Origin: an uncultured Acidobacteriota bacterium
GTDB taxonomy: Bacteria; Acidobacteriota; JAQAZP01
Reading direction: 5' to 3'
Assembly: GCA_963836075.1 (NCBI GenBank)
Contig: CAWIIB010000009.1
Location: 1,056,001 to 1,120,000 of the forward strand
Length of the DNA: 64,000 bases
Below the pieces are notes generated by a model. The model was given only the letters and a program-made list of their open reading frames with translations. It made no database searches and was not told the DNA's origin. This document shows, in pieces, positions 18,643 through 29,569 of the stretch. The translations under genes and the position numbers were made by a program. How positions within the stretch are numbered: position 1 is the first letter of the stretch; each line of letters starts with the position of its first letter.

Positions 18643-20997
18643 ACGAACGGGTAGCACGACTGAGACAGGCCAGCCTCGACGCCCGGCCGAGTATCACGGC
18701 CGAACGGGCCCGGCTGGTGACCTGGTATTACCGGCACGCCGACCTCCGCTCGCCGGTGATGCACCGCGCCCTGGCCTTCAGCCACCTGATGCATCAGAAG
18801 GCGGTCTGGATCGGCGAGGACGAGCTGCTCGTGGGGGAGCGGGGCCCGGCGCCCAAGGCCACGCCCACCTACCCCGAGGTCTGCTGCCACACCCTCGAGG
18901 ACCTGGAGACGCTGCACAGCCGGGAGAAGACCTCCTACGAGGTGGATGAAGAGACGAGGCGGATTTACGCCGAGGAGATAATCCCCTTCTGGCAGGGCCG
19001 GACGCTCCGCGAGCGGATCCTCGGCGAGATGTCCAAACCGTGGCTCGACGCGTACCAGTGCGGCATCTTCACCGAGTTCATGGAACAGCGCGCGCCGGGG
19101 CACACCGTGGCCGACCACAAGATCTACCACGACGGGTTTCTGGGCTTTGTCTCCCGCATCGACCAGCGGCTGCGGGGCCTCGATTTTCTCGGTGACCCGC
19201 GGGCCCTGGCCCGCCGGCAGCAGCTCACCGCCATGCGCATCTGCGCCGAGGCGATCATCCTCTTCGCCCGCCGACACGCCGAGAAGGCGCTGGAGCTGGC
19301 CGCCGCCGAGGAGGACCCGCAGCGCCGCTCCGAGCTGGAGCTGATCGCCAGGGTTTGCGAGCGCGTGCCGGCCCACGCCCCGGCCGACTTCCGGGAGGCG
19401 CTCCAGGCTTACTGGTTCGCACACCTCGGGGTGATCAGCGAGCTGAACCCCTGGGACGCCTTCAACCCCGGCCGCCTGGACCAGCACCTGCTGCCGTTCT
19501 ACCGCGACGGGCTGCGCAACGGCACGCTCACCGAGGAGTCGGCCCGCGAGCTGCTGCAGTGCTTCTGGATCAAGTTCAACAACCAGCCGGCCCCACCCAA
19601 GGTGGGGGTCACCGCGGCGGAGAGCGGCACCTACACCGACTTTGCCAACATCAACGTCGGCGGCCTGCGCCCCGACGGCTCGGACGGGGTCAACGAGGTC
19701 TCCTTCCTGCTGCTCGACGTGATCGACGAGATGCGGCTGCTGCAGCCCAGCTCGAACATCCAGCTCTCGCGCAAGAACCCCGAGCCGTTCCTCCGCCGGG
19801 CCTGCTCCATCGTGCGCAAGGGCTGGGGCCAACCCTCGATGTTCAACGCCGACGCGGTGGTGTCCGAACTGGTGGGGCAGGGCAAGTCGGTGGAGGACGC
19901 CCGCTGCGGCGGCACCAGCGGCTGTGTCGAGGCCGGGGCCTTCGGCAAGGAGGCCTACATCCTCACCGGCTACTTCAACCTGCCCAAGGTGCTGGAGATC
20001 ACCTTCAACAACGGCCGGGACCCGCAGACCGGCAAGGCCATCGGCCTGGCCACCGGCGACCCGGCGGAGTGCGAAGAACATGGAGGAACTGCTCGACGCC
20101 TTCCGGCGCCAGCTGCAGCACTTCGTCGAGGTCAAGATCACCGGCAACAACATCATCGAGCGGCTCTACGCCGAAGAGATGCCGGCCCCCTTCCTCTCGC
20201 TGCTCATCGACGACTGCATCGACAAGGGGATGGACTACAACGACGGCGGCGCCCGCTACAACACCAGCTACATCCAGGGCGTGGGATTGGGGACGATCAC
20301 CGACAGCCTTTCAGCCATCGCCCACCACGTCTTCGGCGAGAAGACGGTGACCATGAAGGAGTTGCTGGCCGCGCTGGCCGCCGACTTCGAGGGCCGCGAG
20401 CCGCTGCGGCTCAAACTGCGCAACAAGTCGCCGCGCTACGGCAACGACGACGACCGCGCCGACGACATCATGCGCCGGGTTTTCGAGCTCTACCACCAGG
20501 CCATCGACGGGCGGCCCAACACCCGCGGCGGGGAGTACCGCATCAACCTCCTGCCCACCACCTGCCACATCTACTTCGGCCAGGTCACCGGCGCCACCCC
20601 CGAGGGGCGGCATGCCGGCACGCCGCTCTCCGAGGGCATCTCCCCGGTGCAGGGGGCGGACCGCAAGGGCCCCACCGCGGTGCTCCGCTCGGCGGCCAAG
20701 ATGGACCACCTGCGCACCGGCGGCACCCTGCTCAACCAGAAGTTCACGCCCCAGCTCCTCGAAGGCGAGGAGGGGATCGGCAGCCTGGCCGCCCTGGTGC
20801 GCACCTACTTCAAGCTCGACGGCCACCACCTGCAGTTCAACGTGGTCAGTGCCGGGACCCTGCGCCAGGCCCAGGCCGACCCCGAGGCGCACCGTGACCT
20901 GATCGTCCGCGTGGCCGGGTACAGCGACTACTTCTGCGACCTGAGCAAGGCCCTGCAGGACGAGATCATCCAGCGCACCGAGCACGAAGCGATGTAA
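18639..20997 (+). CDS. hypD: trans-4-hydroxy-L-proline dehydratase (glycyl radical enzyme); one frameshift near 20075
   Basis: HypD-type motifs FTEFMEQRAPGHTV, ELNPWDAFNPGRLDQHL, ESGTYTDFANIN, GGTSGCVE (Cys loop), LPTTCHIYFG, RVAGYS (Gly loop). Confidence 0.85.
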
Positions 20998-21000
20998 GCC

Positions 21001-21770
21001 CCAGTGCCCGGCGTGTTCTTCCCCGGTTTCGCCGGCGTCACGGTCACTGTACGCAGCCCAAAGAAGGTGCAGGGCGTCTGCCCGGTGGTGGCCCAGTATG
21101 ACGCGCTGACATTCTTGTCCTTGCTGGCGCTGCAGGTGCCGCCGCCAGGAGTGCACATGGTGCGGTATTACGGCCATTACTCGGTGAGGAGCCGGGCCGA
21201 GCGACGACGGCGAGCAGGGCAGGGGCAGGAGGCTATCCACACCGTGGCACCGCCGCCGGCCACGATTCGGAGGCGCCGCTGGGCACAGCTGTTGCGCCAA
21301 GTGTTCGAGGTTGAAGTTCTGACCTGTGAAAAGTGCAAGGCCAGGATGAAGATCATCTCGTTCATCACAGCATCCCAGGAGCAGGTGCTCCGCCGCATCC
21401 TCGATCACCTGGGGGTGAGCACTGTCGTGCCTCGAGCTCACGGGCCTCCAGAGTGGCTCGCCAGACGCGAGCAAAATCAGCGAGCAGCACGGTCCCGGGA
21501 AGAAGTGGATTTCTCGCAGGCGCCGAACGGTTGGGACGAGTGGGAGCCGGCGTGAGATTTGTGAGTTGAAACGGGGCCGGAATCCAGGGAGTGGTGTGTC
21601 AGGATCGCGGGTTGTGATCGGTCGGGACACCAGAATAATTTCTCATCACGGCCCGGCGCTCCCAGACGGACCACGCCACATCATTCAAGGACAAGTTCCA
21701 TGATGTTGGGTGAGGTTGGGTGAAGGAACCGCTTGCGAAATATTTACGCCGGCTAAGGAAAACACTATAC
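21001..21770 (+). mobile_element. IS91-family (Y2 transposase) remnant 1, ending at an oriIS-like motif
   Basis: HMVRYYGHYS...WAQLLRQVFEVEVLTCEKCKARMKIISFI...ILDHLG (C-terminal Y2 and zinc-finger part only); end motif GCTAAG-N5-CACTATAC at 21752-21770. Confidence 0.75.
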
Positions 21771-21777
21771 ATAGGTC

Positions 21778-22008
21778 TTGACCTATGCCATCCTCTACGT
21801 CGTATTGGGCGTACTGTCGGGAATGGAGCCTGCCCTGTACTTTTCGACGGTCACCTTTACCACGCTCGGCTACGGCGACGTGGTGCTCGACCCGCGATGG
21901 CGTCTGTTGGCCTCCTTCGAGGCTGCCAACGGCATCATCATGTTCGGTTGGACCACGGCGATTGTCATCGCCGCCGTGCAACGGGTCTACGCGTCGGCGC
22001 AGCGATGA
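21778..22008 (+). pseudogene. 5'-truncated potassium channel (Ion_trans_2 type)
   Basis: ALYFSTVTFTTLGYGD selectivity-filter motif; begins immediately after the IS91-like end. Confidence 0.75.
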
Positions 22009-22075
22009 GAGAAGGAGTTGCGCCCAACCGCCCTGCCGAGACGTCCCTCGACGGAGAAGGAGTAGAATCTACACC

Positions 22076-23734
22076 ATGACAGAGCTACATGATTTTCTCA
22101 GCAACCAGCCCGTGCTGGTTTTCTTTCTCGTCCTGGGCCTTGGTTATCTCATCGGCAGCATACGGGTTTTCGGCATCAGCATGGGCCCGGTGGGCGGCGT
22201 TCTCTTGGCCGGGCTGGTATTCGGCCATCTCGGCTTCAGCATCGGCCCCGTCGCGCAGACGTTCGGTTTTGCGCTGTTCATATTCTGTGTGGGCTATCAG
22301 GCGGGTCCGCAGTTCTTCGACGTGCTGCGGACCAGCGGCCTGAAGTACCTGTCCCTGGCACTGGTCGTCGCGGCCACGGGCTTCGCCCTGACCGTGGTGC
22401 TGTCGAAAGCGCTGGGGCTGGCGCCGGGCCTCGCCGCCGGGTTACTGGGCGGCGCCATGACGACAACGCCCACGTTGGCGGCGGCGCAGGATGCTATCCG
22501 TTCCGGGCTCGTCGAGGCGCCACCCGGGTTCGCCCCCGACCAGGTGCTGACCAACATCGGCGCCGCCTATGCGTTGACCTACCTTTTCGGACTGATCGGG
22601 CTGATCCTGGTCATCCGACTGATGCCCAAAGCTCTGGGACTCGACCTGCCCGCGGAGGCCGCCAAGCTCACCACCGGCGCCGACCCGAACGCGGGTCCGG
22701 ATCTGTCCGGAATCACGCAGCGGACCTTCCGCATTACCCAGCCCGAGCTTCTGGGCCGAACCGTCAAGGAAGCCGAGCGCCGCGTGCCGGGCGCGGTCAG
22801 CTTCGTCGCCATTCGACGCAAAGGTGAGATGATCCCCGTGCAATTCGACACCCGTGTCGAGCTCGGCGACGAGGTGCTTCTGATCGGCCAGGTCGATCAC
22901 CTGCTCGAGCGCGCTCCTGAGCTCGGCGAGGAGGTCGCGGATTCCGAAGGCTTGAAAATTCCAATGACAACCGCCGAGGTGGTGGTGTCCAACCGGAAGC
23001 TGCTGGGAAAGCCGCTTCGCGACGTCCAGCCGGACGAACGCATCGGAGTGTTGCCGTTACACGTGCGCCGGCTCCGCGCAACGCTTCCGCTGAACGATGA
23101 CCTCGAGCTGCGCCGCGGCGACGTCATGACCGTGTACGGCCCGCAGGTTGCCATCGACAAGCTGGCGCAGTTCGCTGGTCGTGTCGAGGAGGGAATTGAG
23201 GAGACGGATCTCTTCACTTTTGCCATCGGCATTGCCGCCGGCATCGCGCTCGGTACGTTGGCGGTCACGGTGGGCGGCGTCACCATCGCGCTCGGCATGG
23301 CCGGAGGGCTTTTGATCACCGGCCTGCTCATCGGCTTCCTGCGCTCCATCTGGCCCATCTTCGGCCGGGTGCCCTCCGCCTCCCGGTGGGTGCTCCAGCA
23401 GCTCGGACTGCTCATGTTCATGGCCGGCGTCGGACTCGACTCGGGCAGCGGGATCGTCGAGATTGTCCAGAGCTCCGGCCTCCAGCTGATCTGCGCCGGG
23501 GTGGTGGTGACGCTGGCGCCCGTGCTCGTGGGCTACTTTTTCAGCCGCAAGGTGCTCAAGCTGAATCCTGCAGAAGCCCTCGGGGGCGTTGCCGGTTCGA
23601 TGACCTCCGGTGCCGCGCTGAGCGTTGTCAACGACGCCGCCAAGAGTGATGCGCCGGCGCTCGGCTACACAGGCGCCTATGCCTTCGCCAACGTCATTCT
23701 CACCCTGGCAGGTACCCTGATCATGTTCGTATGA
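22076..23734 (+). CDS. AspT/YidE/YbjL family antiporter with two TrkA-C domains
   Basis: GFALFIFCVGYQAGPQFF, GGAMTTTPTLAAA, GSMTSGAAL, GYTGAYAFAN; duplicated membrane halves around a soluble region. Confidence 0.88.
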   Translation: MTELHDFLSNQPVLVFFLVLGLGYLIGSIRVFGISMGPVGGVLLAGLVFGHLGFSIGPVAQTFGFALFIFCVGYQAGPQFFDVLRTSGLKYLSLALVVAATGFALTVVLSKALGLAPGLAAGLLGGAMTTTPTLAAAQDAIRSGLVEAPPGFAPDQVLTNIGAAYALTYLFGLIGLILVIRLMPKALGLDLPAEAAKLTTGADPNAGPDLSGITQRTFRITQPELLGRTVKEAERRVPGAVSFVAIRRKGEMIPVQFDTRVELGDEVLLIGQVDHLLERAPELGEEVADSEGLKIPMTTAEVVVSNRKLLGKPLRDVQPDERIGVLPLHVRRLRATLPLNDDLELRRGDVMTVYGPQVAIDKLAQFAGRVEEGIEETDLFTFAIGIAAGIALGTLAVTVGGVTIALGMAGGLLITGLLIGFLRSIWPIFGRVPSASRWVLQQLGLLMFMAGVGLDSGSGIVEIVQSSGLQLICAGVVVTLAPVLVGYFFSRKVLKLNPAEALGGVAGSMTSGAALSVVNDAAKSDAPALGYTGAYAFANVILTLAGTLIMFV

Positions 23735-23862
23735 CGTGGCTCGCCAACACCCTCCGACAGCACTGCGGACCAGGGAAGACTTCATGACGAGTTGCACACA
23801 TCGAACCACGAAGAAGGCCGGCCCGATCACCTGGCCGGTGGTTTCCCGACGGGAGAGTCGCC

Positions 23863-24025
23863 ATGACTGAGAATGGTCTGCTTCACAAGCTGAACCCAGC
23901 CGTCATCAAAGGGGCAACGTTCACGTTGGCAGGACTCATCGTCCTCGCGGTGCCGCACGCATCGGAGCTCGTGCTCCGATTCATCCTGGCCGGAACGTTC
24001 CTCGTCATCGGGGCAAGCGATCTCT
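23863..24025 (+). pseudogene. N-terminal fragment of a membrane protein (HdeD/DUF389-like), interrupted by IS91 remnant 2
   Basis: RBS GGGAGAG + MTENG...; two hydrophobic helices, then an abrupt switch to transposase-derived sequence. Confidence 0.4.
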
Positions 24026-25075
24026 GGGGCTCCACCCCCTGGCCACTGATGGCGCCTTTGACGGTGATGGTGTCTTCCACCCGATGCCCTTCGACATGCA
24101 GGGGGAAGTCGAAGTGCTGACCCGCTTGTTCGCCAAACGGGTGCTCGACCTGATCCGCGGCGCAAACGGCTGAGTATTCGCCTTCGCGACGAGATGCTGA
24201 GCTGGGAGCGCAGCGGTTTCTCCGTTGATGGCTCGGTGAAGGTCGCGGTTGGCGATTATGGGCGGCTCAAAAGACTGGTTCGTTATCTCGCCCGTCCGGC
24301 GGTGTCGGCGCAAAGGGTGGAGTACGACAAGGCCGGCGGCACGGTCACTGTACGCAGCCAAAGAAGGTGCAGGGCGTCCGCCCGGTGGTGGCCCAGTATG
24401 ACGCGCTGACATTCTTGTCCTTGCTGGCGCTGCAGGTGCCGCCGCCAGGAGTGCACATGGTGCGGTATTACGGCCATTACTCGGTGAGGAGCCGGGCCGA
24501 GCGACGACGGCGAGCAGGGCAGGGGCAGGAGGCTATCCACACCGTGGCACCGCCGCCGGCCACGATTCGGAGGCGCCGCTGGGCACAGCTGTTGCGCCAA
24601 GTGTTCGAGGTTGAAGTTCTGACCTGTGAAAAGTGCAAGGCCAGGATGAAGATCATCTCGTTCATCACAGCATCCCAGGAGCAGGTGCTCCGCCGCATCC
24701 TCGATCACCTGGGGGTGAGCACTGTCGTGCCTCGAGCTCACGGGCCTCCAGAGTGGCTCGCCAGACGCGAGCAAAATCAGCGAGCAGCACGGTCCCGGGA
24801 AGAAGAGGATTTCTCGCAGGTTCCGCTTGGTTGGGACGAATGGGAGCCGACGTGAGATCCGGGATCCTGGAGCAGAGGGGGATTTCCTCGGGGATAAGTC
24901 TGTTCAAATCACTCTTTATCCCAGGAAATTCTCGTCATCGGGTCACTATCACCATCGTTGTTCAGCGGTGAGAGCAATCCACCCCCGGATATCCGGCCGA
25001 TAACCCCTCCAGATTCGATCCGCACTCTCTCATACGGCTTGAGCCGCTTGGTCACAGCTAAGCTTTTCACTATAC
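24026..25075 (+). mobile_element. IS91-family transposase remnant 2 (frameshifted), ending at an oriIS-like motif
   Basis: LATDGAF..FHP, MLSWERSGFSVDG, RLVRYLARP, then ~460 bp essentially identical to 21040-21500; end GCTAAG-N5-CACTATAC at 25057-25075. Confidence 0.8.
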
Positions 25076-25082
25076 TTTCAAG

Positions 25083-25370
25083 ATGTTGCCGCGGGTCGAC
25101 ATCATCTACGCCCACGAGAACGCGGACGGGGTGCTGGTCGAAGCGGCGTTGTCCGCGGGCGCCACGGGGACCGTCATCGCCGGTGCGGGTGACGGCAACA
25201 CCACCGCGCCGATGGTGGAGGCCATGGCTGCGGCGGCGGCCAAGGGTGTGGTGGTGGTCCGCAGCTCCCGGGTGGGAAGCGGCATCGTGCGCCGGAACAT
25301 CGAACTCGAAGACGACAAGCTGGGTTTCGTCGCCTCGTTCGAGCTCAACCCGGCGTGCATCACCAGGTGA
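25083..25370 (+). pseudogene. C-terminal fragment of a type II L-asparaginase/glutaminase
   Basis: LPRVDIIYAH, GTVIAGAGDGN, GVVVVRSSRVGSG, ELNP; lacks the N-terminal catalytic domain and the end. Confidence 0.8.
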
Positions 25371-25371
25371 A

Positions 25372-27018
25372 CTATTCCAGTATCAGAGAGAGCCGCACCA
25401 TCAGCCCGTCGGAATGGCCGGTTTCTCCGTATTGATCCAGCACGACATGACGATAGTTTATGCCAAAGCTGGCCGCCGTGGTGAGCCACCAGTTGAGCCC
25501 CAGCGAATAGATGTCCATATCGCCGCCTTCAATGGTTCCCTCGTTGAGGTCCACCGTGGAAAAGCGTGTGGCCACCTCCCATGCGCCCCACCCTCCGGGA
25601 ATCACGGATTGGGCAACGGGAAGCGGTCCGAACAGGCCGTTCTTCCTGTTGTACGGCCTCATTTCCCCGGTCAGGGCATAGCTGGCGGTAACATGAAACC
25701 CGGTAAACACGGGGTCGCCCACTTCCGAGGAATCAATCCGGTTGATCACATATTCGCCATTCAGCAAAAACGGACCCCAGCGCCAGGCCGCTTCCAGATC
25801 GTAGAGGATGCCGTCGGCCGCAGGGAACGGGTCGGTATCCACGAATAGAGGGGCCTGGCGAAACTCCGGCGTCGAGCGGTACTGGACCGGCTGCCGTGCA
25901 TTGGTGTAACGCACGCCCGCACCGAGATGCACCAGCGAGCTTTCATCCCCGCTGAGCAGGGGCAGGCAGGCTCCCCGCCCGACGAACTGGGTTGAACTTT
26001 CGTCAATGGAATTCCCCTGATCCAGCCAGGGATTGAACACCCCTCCGGCCCAGGCGGAACGACGCTTGAAGGCCGTGCCGCTGAGCACGATCCCCACATT
26101 GCGGCTGGGCATCATGGCGTCGGAAACCGCACTGCGCTCCTGCATGGGCAGGTAGAGCAACGAGGCCAGCCGTTCCATGGAGATGGGCTCCTTCTGTTTC
26201 CCCAGCGCCAGGCTGAAATCCCCGCCCAATGGAATATCCAGCCGGGCATCGAAAACGCCAAGGCTGTTCTCATCATCCGAGTCAAAGCCCTGGTCAAAGG
26301 CGCGCGTCGTCAGGAAAACAGTGTAGATCCAGGGATTCTTGAAATTCAGCGTTCCGATGGCGCCAAAACGCAGGGCGCGAATCTCCCCGCCGTCATAGGG
26401 CGACAGCTCTCCCACCTGCGCCTCGCTGGTGTCGTCCTGACCGGGCCACATTCCCCGGTCGAGCACCACGGCCGCGATAAAATTGGCGTTGATATACTTG
26501 CTTTTGAACCGGTTCCATTTTTTGGAGTTCTGATACCCTATGGGCAGGGCAAACGGCGGGGGGGAGTAGGCGAACCATTTGGGCTCCGGATCCGGGCCTT
26601 CCTCGTCCGGAGCGGGACCGGGGCCCTCATCCAGCCGGTTGCGGATGATCTCGCCTTTCTTCACCACGAATACGGCATGGGTCATCGTGTCCAGCAGCGC
26701 GTCAAAATTTCCCCGGGGATCCTCGTCCAGGATCATGAAACTCGCCGGTTGTCCCAGGTCCAGGTGTCCGAGAATGACCCCGTTTCGCGCATCGACTACC
26801 TGGTCATCCGGTTTTCCCGGGACGGGATCCGCGGTCACCAGATCCAGCTTTCCGTTCAGGATCAGCAGATTGATCACCTGATCCTGCTCCTTGTCATGAC
26901 GGTCGATCAGCAGGGCATTATTGATCAGCAGCCGGTGGGGCTGATCTGTTTCGGCCAGACAGGGAGACGCCAAGAGCAGGAGGATTAGAATGCAGGCGAT
27001 GTTCAGATTCTTAAACAT
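25372..27018 (-). CDS. OprO/OprP-family porin with an N-terminal extension
   Basis: Signal peptide; GKQKEPISMERL, QERS, SYALTGEMRPY, GAWEVATRFS, GLNWW; N-terminal ~120 aa resembling an amidohydrolase beta-sandwich. Confidence 0.8.
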   Translation of the reverse strand: MFKNLNIACILILLLLASPCLAETDQPHRLLINNALLIDRHDKEQDQVINLLILNGKLDLVTADPVPGKPDDQVVDARNGVILGHLDLGQPASFMILDEDPRGNFDALLDTMTHAVFVVKKGEIIRNRLDEGPGPAPDEEGPDPEPKWFAYSPPPFALPIGYQNSKKWNRFKSKYINANFIAAVVLDRGMWPGQDDTSEAQVGELSPYDGGEIRALRFGAIGTLNFKNPWIYTVFLTTRAFDQGFDSDDENSLGVFDARLDIPLGGDFSLALGKQKEPISMERLASLLYLPMQERSAVSDAMMPSRNVGIVLSGTAFKRRSAWAGGVFNPWLDQGNSIDESSTQFVGRGACLPLLSGDESSLVHLGAGVRYTNARQPVQYRSTPEFRQAPLFVDTDPFPAADGILYDLEAAWRWGPFLLNGEYVINRIDSSEVGDPVFTGFHVTASYALTGEMRPYNRKNGLFGPLPVAQSVIPGGWGAWEVATRFSTVDLNEGTIEGGDMDIYSLGLNWWLTTAASFGINYRHVVLDQYGETGHSDGLMVRLSLILE

Positions 27019-27050
27019 GTCCCCTCTTTCGGGTCATCCCCTGTCGCACA

Positions 27051-27515
27051 TCAGCCGCCAGCACAGGAGGCCGGTTCGATCACACTTTGCTGGAGTTCCT
27101 TGTTCAGGACGCCGGCCCGCTGCCCGAGCCGGTCATCCGCCAGGGCCGGCCAGTCATCGTCGATTATTGCTTGTGTGTATTCGATCAAAACGGCCCGAAT
27201 GGCCCGGGTTTTTTCGGCGTCAAACCGTTTCAAGTCGTCGAAGGTATCCGAGATCGCCACGGCTTCCCGCTCGATGGCGTTCTCAATCGCCCGCAGTTCG
27301 ACCAGAACCTCCACGAAAGCGAGCGAGAGCATGAGGCTGACCAGCATGCCGATCACCCGGAACAGGCTGCTGGTTGGATCCTCCAGATTCGCCGTTTGGT
27401 ACTTCGTAATGAGCTTGCAGGAGACGATGTACACCGCCAGCCCAAGGACGGTGGATATGGCCATGGCCATCAGGCCGCCGACCAACGTCAATTGCGAAAG
27501 CAGGAACTCGATCAT
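27051..27515 (-). pseudogene. DUF4239-like membrane protein, apparently 3'-truncated
   Basis: Two TM helices, LFRVIGMLVSLMLSLAF, AIEREA, Y...II.DDWPALA; ends early. Confidence 0.55.
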
Positions 27516-27772
27516 GAAACCCCTCCGATGGATGAGTCGATTCCATCGTGTTCAAACAACAGAAGTTGACATCCTCCATTGCCCTGGGGCAGGCCTGGTC
27601 GTTCCATAACTGCATTCTAACCACGATCAGGGGAGGAAACACCTGAACCGTTTTATCGGACTGGACGGTCATCCGTCAAGCAACCCAATCGTAGTGAATG
27701 AAGAGGAATCTGTTATATTGTTGATGTTTTCAGCGACTAACCAATGACTGAACAGACTGGAGGCGCAGACCG

Positions 27773-27955
27773 ATGAACGCAGGAATCGCCAGGATCAGGC
27801 CCACGGCTCAGGCACCCATGGGTGATGCCGGCCGGGCCCTGGAAGCGCTGGGCCGGGGCGCCGACCCGAACACGGTCGACGCGGACGGTGACACGGCCCT
27901 CGATTTCGCCACCAGGAACGGGTGTACTGGTCCAGCGAGTTTTGATCGGCGCTGA
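27773..27955 (+). pseudogene. Ankyrin-repeat gene fragment
   Basis: RGADPNTVDADGDTALDFA, a single ankyrin repeat; GGAGG RBS. Confidence 0.5.
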
Positions 27956-28111
27956 TAGCTGATATTGCCCTGATTCGACATCCCACCGACCAATCTAATC
28001 GTTGAATTTTGTCGGGAAGCTGCCGCGATCGCGGTTAGAGCCTGATTTCGTCCGCTTCGGATAGACTTCGCGATGACGCGAGATCCTTGACAGCGGAAAT
28101 CAGTGACGCGG

Positions 28112-29449
28112 TCAGGCTGCCTTCCGCAGCTCGATCACGGGCAGATGCTTCCTCCCTTCCAGATAGCCGATAACCAGATGCAGCCGCACTCCACGCTTTT
28201 CCTTGACACTCGTCTGAGGCGCGGCACAACGACTTTCAGGTGGCCACTTCCGCCGAGGCTCGAATCGAGGATTTGCGTTCTTCGGGAATAGCCCATCATA
28301 CATTTCCTTCGGTGTTTTCCCTTCCAGCCACTCGTGCGGCCGGTGCTCGTTGTACCAGTCTGCATACAGCGACAATTCCAGCCTCATGGCATTCAGCCGC
28401 AAGGGAACGAGAATCCGACGAGTGCACTCATCTTTCATCGACCGAATATATCGCTCGACCACCGCGATGCTTCCATGCTGACCGACGGCGCCGAATCGTG
28501 GACTGACTTTTTTCCGCTGACACCACTTCTTGAAAACGTCACCAGTGAAGATCGCATCTTGATCAGTGATGATGTATTTCGGTGACCGACCGACTCTTCT
28601 CTCTACTTGATCGAGGAAATCACAAACATCACTGGCTGACGGCCGCTTTGGAAATATTGCATATCCGGTAAGAAGCCGGGAGAAATGGTCGACGACCACT
28701 GCTGCCCACCAGCAGAAGGGCCACGCTTGGTTTAACGAGAACGGTAGCCATGGAACCCAGAAGCCGGCCTTCGTCGGAACAACGGTCAGATCCACATGAT
28801 AAACATGATTCGGATACTTGGCCGTTACAACACTTGTGGTGATGCGTTCTTCAACTTGTTCTTGCACATCGGCCAGTGGTTCTTCGCTCTTCAGCATGCG
28901 TCCTACCGTTGTTGCACCAAGATGAAGACCTGCCCTGGCTAGAATCCGAGCAATCCGCTCCTTGCCCATCGAAGGGAAGAACAGCTTTATCTGGCAAACG
29001 ATGTAGCGAACAAATTCAGGAAATTTATTCACCGGCACTGATAACCGAATCAGTGCCCTCTCCCCTTCCTCATCGACTCGCCTCAGCCACGAGGAAATCG
29101 TCTGCTCGTTGAGCATGAATACTTCTGCCGCTTGTCGGATCGACCAGCCCTTTGCAGCCTTGAGCTTCAGGATTCGAATTCTCTCGATCGGACGGTAGTA
29201 GGGCCGGCGGTGAGGATGAACACGCCTGAATCGAGCATCCTTGATGCTCATCTCTTCTCTGAGCAGGGCGGCTTCGCTTCTTGCCTCTTCAAGCTCGGCC
29301 TGAAAACGGACCAGCTTATCCGCTCTTCTCGCAGCCCACCCGGATACGGAGGTAAAAGCCATCGAGGCGAGTGAGATCGTGTGAAGAACCGCTGACTTAA
29401 TGTGCTCTGGCCACTTCTTTGGCAATGGGATTTCGGTAATTTGAGTCAT
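28112..29449 (-). mobile_element. DDE integrase-core (rve) transposase, IS481/IS3-like
   Basis: HTH region, HVDLT, VVVDHFSR, ITDQD, VERYIRSMKDEC, WYNEHRPH..L.GKTP; visibly lower GC than the flanks; terminal IRs not identified. Confidence 0.82.
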
Positions 29450-29569
29450 TTTGATCCTCCAAAAAGTCTTATCGGAATGACTTTTCGGAGAATATCTTAT
29501 ATTCTTTATTTTCTAGGTTTTATGCAGCTAGTCATGACGCCCTTCTGGCCGTACAAACTCCCTGGACCA

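Noticed and set aside
18639-20997. Pyruvate formate-lyase or choline TMA-lyase
   Set aside because: Single-Cys SGCVE loop and HypD-specific motifs; no adjacent CC pair as in PFL and no microcompartment genes.
21040-24855. Composite transposon or DGR template/variable repeat pair
   Set aside because: The repeats are IS91-type transposase tails without IRs; differences are not adenine-specific and no reverse transcriptase is present.
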